Notes under the pieces: generated by a model
The model's database searches: none
The model's input: only the letters and a program-made list of their open reading frames with translations
What the model was told of the DNA's origin: nothing
Virus record (IMG/VR): IMGVR_UViG_3300032282_004841
Span: 1 to 62,933 of that record
Reading direction: 5' to 3' (one strand)
DNA length: 62,933 nucleotides
Source: a virus
Taxonomy: Duplodnaviria > Caudoviricetes
Shown: positions 9,255 through 17,431 of the stretch, piece after piece
Layout: each line of letters opens with the position of its first letter
Position numbering within the stretch: the first letter of the stretch is position 1
Made by a program: the position numbers and the translations under genes

Positions 9255-9922
9255 TGCCAGAAAATGAAAAGCCTAGTTTTAACTCTCCAGAGTGGAACGA
9301 TTATGTTCTTTCTCTATTTACCAACGAAGAACTTGTAGACGGCAATCCAACCGTTGATGGGCTTCGCAGGGTGACAGAATTAGTTCTTGGAAAAATAATT
9401 TCTACATCTGTAGATATTGTTCAAGCCCCAAGTATGTCTAATGGGAATTGTTGTGTTCTAAAATATAGAATCAATATAGTTCCAGATAATATAGACATTA
9501 AAGAAACTCTTTCTTATGAAGCTGCTGCTGATTGCAGTTCAAACAATTGTGATGCAAGGTTTGCTGTTTTTGCTACTGCTGTAGCAGAGACAAGGGCTGA
9601 AGGTCGTGTTCTTAGGAAGGCGCTTAGATTAAGGAAAGTTATAGCTGCTGAAGAAGCAGTTGCTGTTCCTCATGAAGATTCGCTTTCTGATGGAAGAATT
9701 ACACAGACTCAGATAAAGTTTATTGAGGTTCTTTCGCAAAGAAATGACATCAATATAGTTAAGTATCTTTCCGCTGCTAAAGATTTTAAATTTACTGGAA
9801 GACTAGAAGATATTCCTTATAAAAGTGCTGTTACTGTAATAGCTCATTTAAGCGAAATGCAAAGGAACAATGCTTCTATTTCCCCCAAGTTCAAGGGCTT
9901 TGAACAAGACTGGAGAAAGTAA
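9254..9922 (+). CDS. Putative single-strand annealing recombination protein (Rad52-like fold)
   Basis: VDGLRRV; AVAETRAEGRVLRKAL...AAEE helix motif; C-terminal ITQTQIKFI domain typical of phage SSAPs. Confidence 0.5.
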   Translation: MPENEKPSFNSPEWNDYVLSLFTNEELVDGNPTVDGLRRVTELVLGKIISTSVDIVQAPSMSNGNCCVLKYRINIVPDNIDIKETLSYEAAADCSSNNCDARFAVFATAVAETRAEGRVLRKALRLRKVIAAEEAVAVPHEDSLSDGRITQTQIKFIEVLSQRNDINIVKYLSAAKDFKFTGRLEDIPYKSAVTVIAHLSEMQRNNASISPKFKGFEQDWRK

Positions 9923-10290
9923 TGAAGGCTAATGTAAAAGTTCATTTCGGAACAATCGAAATCGATGGCGAAAGTGTTAAAGACATTTTTAGAGAGATGT
10001 CGAATGTTCATGAGATTTTTAACGAATCTAAATGCGGGTGCTGTGGCGGAACTGATATTAGGCCAAGTACTAGAAGCGTAGAGAAGAATAAAAAGAACTA
10101 TGAATACTTTGAGTTTGCATGTAATAGTCCAAAATGTAGGGCCAGATTGAATTTTGGCCAAAGGCAAGACGGCGGTGGTCTTTTCCCAATTAGGCGATTA
10201 GATGAAAATGGAAAACCAGATCGAGAAAACGGACAGTACGGACCACACAATGGTTGGTCAAAGTACCGTGGAGAAGCAAAAGAAGAGTAA
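9922..10290 (+). CDS. Zn-ribbon-containing hypothetical protein
   Basis: CGCCGG and CNSPKC cysteine pairs; TAATG-coupled to the SSAP gene. Confidence 0.65.
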   Translation: MKANVKVHFGTIEIDGESVKDIFREMSNVHEIFNESKCGCCGGTDIRPSTRSVEKNKKNYEYFEFACNSPKCRARLNFGQRQDGGGLFPIRRLDENGKPDRENGQYGPHNGWSKYRGEAKEE

Positions 10291-10451
10291 TTTCATCTCT
10301 ACTATTTTGCTAACTAATAGTTCTATTGCTAATAGCCTTAGATCTATGACCGTAGATGATTTAATTGGGGAGATAGAGTGGTTTAAGAAAACCGATCTCC
10401 CTTTTTCTTCTGAAGTTAAAGTGTTATTTGAGAGCGAGCTTGATAATAGGT

Positions 10452-11114
10452 TTAAAGATACTCAAGACTTACATAAAGTCCATACTGAGTCTTAGAACCA
10501 ATACCTGTTGGCGATGCAGTCAACCCTAAATACCAATCATGTCTTAGTCCTGATCCTGTGGTATTTCCAACAGCATTAAGACCGCTTGTACCAGGAGAAT
10601 TTCTTAAAGGAAGGAAGTTTGCTACTTCGGTAACATCTTTCCATGTTCCAGAACCAGAACCAACAACTAACTGAGATGGGTCTGGATGAACTACTTCATA
10701 TGCAAATGTGCTAACACCACTTGCTTTGCTTGCAATACTACTTCTATCATAAATTATTACTTTTGCATTTTGTGTTCTAACATTTGTAGTTGGGTGTGTA
10801 AATCTAATGTTTAAAGTAGACAGATAATTAGGAATTTTATTAACAGCTATTGAAGTCGAACTTCCTGGGGTTTCTTGCCCAAGAATAGCAGATGCTGCTG
10901 CTGTCCACTTTACATTCCTAGCTTCTAACCCTTGTGTAACTCCAGAGCCATCTGTGATAAATGTTCTCTCTTGAAAACTATTTACCTGTACAGATGTTCC
11001 AAATCCATTGCCGTAAAAACCCAATCCGCTTCCTGCCGGAGCATTTATATTATGCTCTCCAGAAACGCCATTTGTCAGTGGATTAACATAGAAAGATATA
11101 CTTGGGGTAGCCAT
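10452..11114 (-). CDS. Putative virion structural protein (Ser/Gly/Thr-rich, beta-rich)
   Basis: Last gene of the structural operon; strong SD AGGAG; own GGTGTAA motif upstream. Confidence 0.6.
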   Translation of the reverse strand: MATPSISFYVNPLTNGVSGEHNINAPAGSGLGFYGNGFGTSVQVNSFQERTFITDGSGVTQGLEARNVKWTAAASAILGQETPGSSTSIAVNKIPNYLSTLNIRFTHPTTNVRTQNAKVIIYDRSSIASKASGVSTFAYEVVHPDPSQLVVGSGSGTWKDVTEVANFLPLRNSPGTSGLNAVGNTTGSGLRHDWYLGLTASPTGIGSKTQYGLYVSLEYL

Positions 11115-11137
11115 TGAATTTTCTCCTGGTTATTCAG

Positions 11138-11151
11138 TAATAATTACACCA
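11138..11151 (-). promoter_or_regulatory. Putative phage late promoter motif, copy 1
   Basis: TGGTGTAATTATTA, ~36 nt upstream of ATG 11114; overlaps the GT stop codon. Confidence 0.5.
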
Positions 11152-11956
11152 TTTTTGAATCTTCGAACCTTTTAATAGAAGTTAAAAGTTCTTCAGGGGT
11201 TATTTGTTTGCTAAAATGCTCTATTACTTCCCCTATGTCTAAGCCTAGCTCATGCCATCCTATTAGATAATTAACTATCCTGTCAACTAAAGAAAGTCTA
11301 TAAGGAACACCATTAGGGCGACCAAATCTATGAACCCACTTTAAAAATGGAAGGCATAGTGTTCTACCCCCATTTTGTCTAACCTTTTCTTGCATATAAC
11401 CTTCTTCTCCACCAAATCCCTTAAACTTTCTATTGAACGAAGGCCAGTTAGCCTTTTTCATGCAGAACAAGCCCATTCCTTGCATTGTTATGTCAAAAGG
11501 ATCACCTCTATGCACCAATGGGTCTAAGCCCCAAACACCGTACATGTGGCCTGACCATACAGGTGTAAAGTGAGTCGCCATGTTTTTCATATCGTCATAT
11601 AGTAATGGCCCTTGGAGAAGGTCTTTTTCAAGTCCTTTAATGGCTATATAATCTTTTAAATTTCTTATTACATTAGGGGCGAGCAATATGTGTGAGTCTA
11701 GGCAAAGCACATAGTCTTTAGTAGCCCTTTCAAATACGAAGTTTTTAGCTTCTGAAGGAGTATTAGCAGCACTAGGTTCATGAAAGTATTTAGTGTCTGT
11801 TAAATTACAAACTTTTTTAAGCTCTGAACAACCATTTTCTTCAGTATCTATGACTAAAATTTCGCAGTCTTGTACATCTTGATAAAGGCGAAGCGCCTGT
11901 ATTGTAAAGTAGCATCCATCAAAGTCTTTATAGGTTGGCATTCCTATTGTTATCAT
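11144..11956 (-). CDS. GT-A glycosyltransferase with GT2 N-terminus and GT27 (ppGalNAc-T)-like motifs
   Basis: ITIGMPTY, EILVID, CLDSH (DxH), TMQGMGLF, FGGEEGY, QNGG, VHRF...PY. Confidence 0.85.
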   Translation of the reverse strand: MITIGMPTYKDFDGCYFTIQALRLYQDVQDCEILVIDTEENGCSELKKVCNLTDTKYFHEPSAANTPSEAKNFVFERATKDYVLCLDSHILLAPNVIRNLKDYIAIKGLEKDLLQGPLLYDDMKNMATHFTPVWSGHMYGVWGLDPLVHRGDPFDITMQGMGLFCMKKANWPSFNRKFKGFGGEEGYMQEKVRQNGGRTLCLPFLKWVHRFGRPNGVPYRLSLVDRIVNYLIGWHELGLDIGEVIEHFSKQITPEELLTSIKRFEDSKMV

Positions 11957-11971
11957 AAGTATAATCCTTTG

Positions 11972-12508
11972 CTACTGTTGAATATTTTCTATTTTTTGAT
12001 ACGGTATATACCATTGTATAGAAGCGCTCAGGTTTTCAAAAGTAATAGTGGCTTTTTTAGGACTATTAGTAGCACAACCACCTTGATGATCGTGTGTTTC
12101 AACGCTATATCTTTCATAGGTTAAGTATGTAACCATTTTAGTTCCATCTGCAATAGATGGCAGTTTTATATTTCCAGAACCCCAATCAAGCGTTATTAAT
12201 AAAAATAATTCTCCAGAAGCACTTTGAGTTAACGCATAGGAAACAATAATAGTGCCTTCTGGATTAGTATTATACCATCCAAAATACAAATCAAATTTTT
12301 CTTGTGCTGACGAACTTAAATTTCTAACATAAAATGTTTCACTTCCACCAGAAGATGTATTATCTCCACTCCATATAACTCGATTAGGACTAGGACCCGC
12401 CACGCAAGAGTATCCATTTCTCCATTCCTTATATACTAAAGCTGTGTCTAAGTCTCTACCTGTAAATTGTTGACAGCATCCACACCCTTGTATTATTTCT
12501 GTTATCAT
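11972..12508 (-). CDS. Hypothetical tail-tip protein with N-terminal CGCC
   Basis: Directly follows the 1143-aa tip gene; MITEIIQGCGCCQQ. Confidence 0.55.
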   Translation of the reverse strand: MITEIIQGCGCCQQFTGRDLDTALVYKEWRNGYSCVAGPSPNRVIWSGDNTSSGGSETFYVRNLSSSAQEKFDLYFGWYNTNPEGTIIVSYALTQSASGELFLLITLDWGSGNIKLPSIADGTKMVTYLTYERYSVETHDHQGGCATNSPKKATITFENLSASIQWYIPYQKIENIQQ

Positions 12509-12510
12509 TT

Positions 12511-15500
12511 TTAATATCCTGGAGTCGTAGTAGTAGGAGTTAAAGTAGTAGTCGTAGTTCCAGTACCGCTACCACTAGCCACAACTTCTTTTAATAGCCC
12601 ATTTTTAAATTTCATCACTTTCTTTTCTATCACTAAACTTGACCCACTACAAGTAACGCTGTGTATATATGGCACATCTTCTGTTTGTCCACTAGCCGAT
12701 AATTCTATAGGAACTCCAAACCATGTATTTAAATTAGCATCAAAAAGACCCATTACAGTTTTGATTGGATTTATTCCAGTTCCACTCCAATCTTTTCCAG
12801 ACCCATTAAATATCTTTACTACTACAGGAGTACCTAACTTAGTTAATTTGCTTCCATTAAAATTACTATAAATATAACCGCTTCCAAACTCTCCTGTCTT
12901 TACTAATCCTGTTCCTTCCACAGAAAAAGTAGCTACACTATTATTAGTCCAAACGCCCCTACCTTCATCCCAAACTAAATCTACAGGGCCTGTTTTAAAC
13001 GAATTTGTTTGCTGTACTATTAGTTCTTTATTATCTTGCGATGATGGATAAGGCTCGCTAATTCTGTCTTTTCCTACCTTTGGAACTGCCTGTAAAGTAT
13101 ATCGATCAAATCCCCATCCAGACAACATTAATGGACCTCTAAGAGCAAACGGTTTTAAGTTTACAAGATCTAAAGTTTCGTTCTCTTTGTTTTGACCCTC
13201 ATTAAATGTATTTGCATAGATACACGCAACATCTGAAAGCGTTCCAAACGGATTTAAACTTCTAGTATTTAAATAAGATCCAGTATTTTGAGGGTCTGTT
13301 AATGCGGGTAAGTATTCGCCCACATTTTCTAACTCTTTTGGAATTTCCCCTACAGATCCATAATAATTATAATAAGGTCTTATTAATCCATCTAAGGACA
13401 TTGCTGCTGTATTTACTGTTGGTCCAAGTCTTCCATATAAAAATCTTTCTGCATCATCTGAATCCCCAGTTTGTATTTTTGTTATAATAGTAGGATTGCC
13501 ATTATCTGTTTGCGTTATATCCGTAGCAGACATAAACCATATATGAGGACTATTAAGTTTTAAATTTCTTTGTTTTCTTTTAACTCTATTCAAAGCATCC
13601 AGTCCAATTCTTGCAGATAATCTTAATTGAGCTATGTCATAGTCTGTTGCAGAAACAGTTTCTAAAATTCTAGACTTTACATCTTTAACCGTATCGCTAA
13701 AGTTTTTTATTTGATTTATTCTTGTTTGATTAAAAGTTCCAAACTTTGGAGAAAATCTTCTAAATCTATATGTGGTACTATATCCAGATTTTGAATCTAT
13801 AGTAATACTTATAGCGCTTATAGAGACTCCTACAAACTGCATTATATTTCCAAACTCAGTAGTTGGCAGTCCTGTTATAGTTAGATCGCCCTCTTCATTT
13901 AATTGTGATTTACTTAGACTATTAGCTACTGTTTGTCTTGCATAATCATTCATTATCCTTGTGCTTCCCCAATTCCAAGGGGTTAGCTGACTATCTAAAT
14001 CTACTTGTGTCTTTCCAACATTTCCAACCGCTGCCCAAGGTCCATAACTTTGTGTTAAATCTTTTACTGGTATTCCAGCACCCAATGGATTGTTTGGAGC
14101 ATCTTGAATTGTAGGAGGTTTAAATTTAGTTCCAAACCCCGGCCTACCCATAGACACTAATTTATTTTGTTGATCTATAGTATCCGATTTTAATACCGCC
14201 ATTGGCGTATTCCAAACTGGATATGGAAATTTTTTCATCGATGTATCGTATCTATATATGCAACCTTCATTAGTTATAAAGCTTTGTCCATCCATATAAG
14301 GATATCCAAAATCTGCTTGATTAGCTGGATTACCCAAAATCATTTCCGCCCCGCCATCCGAAGGAACTACATATCCTCCAGCACTCCATCCAATAGACTT
14401 ATCAACTTTTACTCCAGAAATTAAAAATGGCTTAAATCTCATGTCGCTAGAAATTAATTGATTTATATTGTATCCATCGTTAAAAGTAACAAGTCCGGCT
14501 TCCCATTCTGGAAACCAAGCAGATCCAACCGCTTCTCTACTAAATTGGAGTTTGCCATATTCCTGTCTTACAAGAATTTCATCTCCTACAGGATAAGCAA
14601 ATCCCATATGTCCATATGTTTCAGCCAGAGCATCAATAAAAAGTTTAATATTGTCTTCTAAGTCATCTCCTTGTATTAATCCTCTCCTTTCTTTTTGTAA
14701 CAAAAATGCAAATCCATCATCTCTTGCAACTTCTCTTCTTCCGTCTGATCCGCCAAGAGCGACATAAACTGAATATCTATATTTTTTTAAGTATTCTCCA
14801 AGATCTCCATCTCCATCTCCTTTGCCTGATTTAATCTCATTCGCAAATTCTAGTTCATATAATGTAGCGGTAAATATATTTGTTCCTAGCAATCTGGCTA
14901 AGGTATTGTCTTTTATTAAAACAGGAACTATTTCAGTTAAAATTCCATAGCTTTTTTGAGTTGGTTTTTCACCTCCTTGAGTAACTTTCCAATCAACATC
15001 GTTATCACTAGTCGTAGGTAATGGTTTATCATTTAAAGAACTCATAAACAATGTAATTAATGCTGGCTGTCCAAATATTGGCAGTCCATTAAAATCTTTT
15101 CCATAATACCTAGATCCTATTTTTGGAAAATACATAAACTCTTGATTTGGACCAACAATCATTCTTGAAGTCGTAGCATCTTTTGCGATGCTTATTCCTC
15201 TGCTAAAACTAGAAACATTATTTCCAGATCCATTGACAATAAAATCTTGCAAAGCAGAAGTTGAGACTTGATCATATATAGAAACTGTCCTTATTTTTAT
15301 GACATATCCATTTAGCTCTACAAAAAAGTCTAAACCTAATTGGGTACACACACTAGAAACCATAGATAATAAATCTTGTTGAAAATCATTTATAGTTATA
15401 TAAGAGTTTGGTATTTCGCTTAGATCAACAGCATACCTAACGCCAGCAAACATCATAGCACCGCCAAAAATAACATTAGCCCCAGGATTGTTTGTGTATT

Positions 15501-15942
15501 GAGATATGCCAAGTCTGATAATGTCAAAATACATTCCGCTTGGAGTAATCGAAGATCCGGTATAACCAAGCGCACCATAAACATTAAAGACATTTGGGGC
15601 AGTAACAACACCTAAATAATCCTTGCATATAATTGTATAGTTAGAAAGTATAAATCTTGGATCTACTAATTTAGCATCATATAACGGTAGTCCACTTTGA
15701 CTTCCGTTTTGAGAAAAGTTTTCTAATATGCCCTGAAAAGAAAAACCGCTAGACATCGCAAATGTTGCAGGAAGGCCGATCATCAATGATAAATCAGGGC
15801 CAGCATCTGCGCTTACTCCAAAGGCTATATTACCAGGATCTACAACCAAGCCTAAGCTTAATGAAGACTCAGAACTTCCCCATCCGCAATCGGATTTTAT
15901 GCTAGTTACAGAATATCCAGCAAATTGAATAGATCCTGACAT
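12511..15942 (-). CDS. Putative tail-tip / baseplate hub-like protein
   Basis: 1143 aa, third gene downstream of TMP; Gly/aromatic beta-rich; Thr-rich C-terminal tail. Confidence 0.55.
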   Translation of the reverse strand: MSGSIQFAGYSVTSIKSDCGWGSSESSLSLGLVVDPGNIAFGVSADAGPDLSLMIGLPATFAMSSGFSFQGILENFSQNGSQSGLPLYDAKLVDPRFILSNYTIICKDYLGVVTAPNVFNVYGALGYTGSSITPSGMYFDIIRLGISQYTNNPGANVIFGGAMMFAGVRYAVDLSEIPNSYITINDFQQDLLSMVSSVCTQLGLDFFVELNGYVIKIRTVSIYDQVSTSALQDFIVNGSGNNVSSFSRGISIAKDATTSRMIVGPNQEFMYFPKIGSRYYGKDFNGLPIFGQPALITLFMSSLNDKPLPTTSDNDVDWKVTQGGEKPTQKSYGILTEIVPVLIKDNTLARLLGTNIFTATLYELEFANEIKSGKGDGDGDLGEYLKKYRYSVYVALGGSDGRREVARDDGFAFLLQKERRGLIQGDDLEDNIKLFIDALAETYGHMGFAYPVGDEILVRQEYGKLQFSREAVGSAWFPEWEAGLVTFNDGYNINQLISSDMRFKPFLISGVKVDKSIGWSAGGYVVPSDGGAEMILGNPANQADFGYPYMDGQSFITNEGCIYRYDTSMKKFPYPVWNTPMAVLKSDTIDQQNKLVSMGRPGFGTKFKPPTIQDAPNNPLGAGIPVKDLTQSYGPWAAVGNVGKTQVDLDSQLTPWNWGSTRIMNDYARQTVANSLSKSQLNEEGDLTITGLPTTEFGNIMQFVGVSISAISITIDSKSGYSTTYRFRRFSPKFGTFNQTRINQIKNFSDTVKDVKSRILETVSATDYDIAQLRLSARIGLDALNRVKRKQRNLKLNSPHIWFMSATDITQTDNGNPTIITKIQTGDSDDAERFLYGRLGPTVNTAAMSLDGLIRPYYNYYGSVGEIPKELENVGEYLPALTDPQNTGSYLNTRSLNPFGTLSDVACIYANTFNEGQNKENETLDLVNLKPFALRGPLMLSGWGFDRYTLQAVPKVGKDRISEPYPSSQDNKELIVQQTNSFKTGPVDLVWDEGRGVWTNNSVATFSVEGTGLVKTGEFGSGYIYSNFNGSKLTKLGTPVVVKIFNGSGKDWSGTGINPIKTVMGLFDANLNTWFGVPIELSASGQTEDVPYIHSVTCSGSSLVIEKKVMKFKNGLLKEVVASGSGTGTTTTTLTPTTTTPGY

Positions 15943-15951
15943 TTAGCGCCC

Positions 15952-17430
15952 CTATATTGCTATTATATACTTTGCCGTAGCTGTATATTTTCCACTTGTA
16001 TAGTTAAACGAATCTTCAAAAGAAGTTAATGTATTAAGATTAACTGTGCTTTGCATCAATGAGTATATTTGATTTATGTCTGGAACAGTATATCTATTTG
16101 GTGGCTTTCTAACAAAATTTAAAGTTACTGTTACGCCTCTTTCTGGTGCAGAATTTAAAGGTTGCACAACTGGCCCTGCTGCTCTTCCAAGAACTGGGAT
16201 TACAGCATATTGTCTTGGCGATCCGATATCTACCGGATTGGTTCTTGCTACATTGAAATCAAAAGATATAAAATCATCTACTAAAAATCCATCTGGCAAA
16301 ACTCTATCTTGATATTCATAGCTATAAGTAATCACACCGTTATTAAAATTAACACCAACGCTTGAACTGGTAGAAGCCCTATCAACATCACTTCCTGGCA
16401 TAGTAGGAAAATAAACTTTTATCCTATTTAAAACTTCTGGCTTTACGCTTGCCCATTTAGCCAAGGCATTTGTATATCTGCTGTTTGCATCTGTGGTTTT
16501 TAAACCTTTAATTGTTCCACTTATTTTTGCAGTAAATAAACTCTCTCCGCTATTTGATGCTTCTATAGAATATTCTTCTGTTGCTGGAGCAGTTCCTATA
16601 GGACTAGTCGTGTTTTCAATATCATATAAAATCCATGTTTCTGATGCATTTACTTTTCCTGCTCCTTCATCAGATGTAAGACTAACATTGTAGTCATATA
16701 GTTTTGCGTTTGCTCCAAATAAATTGCCTTGAAAATAGGTATCTAAATTTTCATTTTTTTCAGGTCCTAAGTCCGTGATCTCTTCTACTTTTCCCCTTAA
16801 CTTTTTTTTAATAGCTTTTTTACATTGATCGTATGCTTCTTTCCATTCTGTTGTATTGTAAAACCTTTTAGATCCAACGCTTAATGTATGAGTTAGTTTA
16901 AAAGACCTTCCAGATTCATCAGATTGATCAACTTGCCAGCTTTCTTGTACTTGTTTTTCAAGGGCGTTTTCATCTTGTGCCTCTCCTATTATGGTACTAC
17001 CAATCGTCATAGTATCTGTTTCTAACTGTATCGTATATTCTACATAATCAGTCCAAGGCCCTTCTTTAAAATCAATAGATTTAATTCTAGGATTAAACTT
17101 AATAATTGAAGCACCGCCATCCCAACCATCGATTTCTATCCAATCAGGATCTTCGGTTGTTTTTCCTTCTTTCAGTTTGAAATGCTGTAGTAGCGCTTCT
17201 TGTTTTTCCTGTATTTTATTTTGTCTTTGTAATGGTGTGACAGCAAGATCTGGCGTATGACCCTCAGTGCCACTAGCCATCAGCCCGCCCATATACGAAA
17301 ACAATTTTCCATTTAGCGTTACTACAAAAGAAGTCTTTAACAGCGTTCCATCTTCTCCATAGTCTTTATTCGTTGTAATATTTACATATGGAGCAGGAAC
17401 AAGAGCTTTACCTTTATAAATAACTGGCAT
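15952..17430 (-). CDS. Putative distal tail protein
   Basis: 492 aa, downstream of TMP; beta-strand-rich pattern. Confidence 0.45.
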   Translation of the reverse strand: MPVIYKGKALVPAPYVNITTNKDYGEDGTLLKTSFVVTLNGKLFSYMGGLMASGTEGHTPDLAVTPLQRQNKIQEKQEALLQHFKLKEGKTTEDPDWIEIDGWDGGASIIKFNPRIKSIDFKEGPWTDYVEYTIQLETDTMTIGSTIIGEAQDENALEKQVQESWQVDQSDESGRSFKLTHTLSVGSKRFYNTTEWKEAYDQCKKAIKKKLRGKVEEITDLGPEKNENLDTYFQGNLFGANAKLYDYNVSLTSDEGAGKVNASETWILYDIENTTSPIGTAPATEEYSIEASNSGESLFTAKISGTIKGLKTTDANSRYTNALAKWASVKPEVLNRIKVYFPTMPGSDVDRASTSSSVGVNFNNGVITYSYEYQDRVLPDGFLVDDFISFDFNVARTNPVDIGSPRQYAVIPVLGRAAGPVVQPLNSAPERGVTVTLNFVRKPPNRYTVPDINQIYSLMQSTVNLNTLTSFEDSFNYTSGKYTATAKYIIAI

Positions 17431-17431
17431 G

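Noticed and set aside
10202-10495. 97-aa + strand ORF at the convergence point
   Set aside because: Overlaps both neighbours and has no clear SD; a shorter version from ATG 10347 is possible but unsupported
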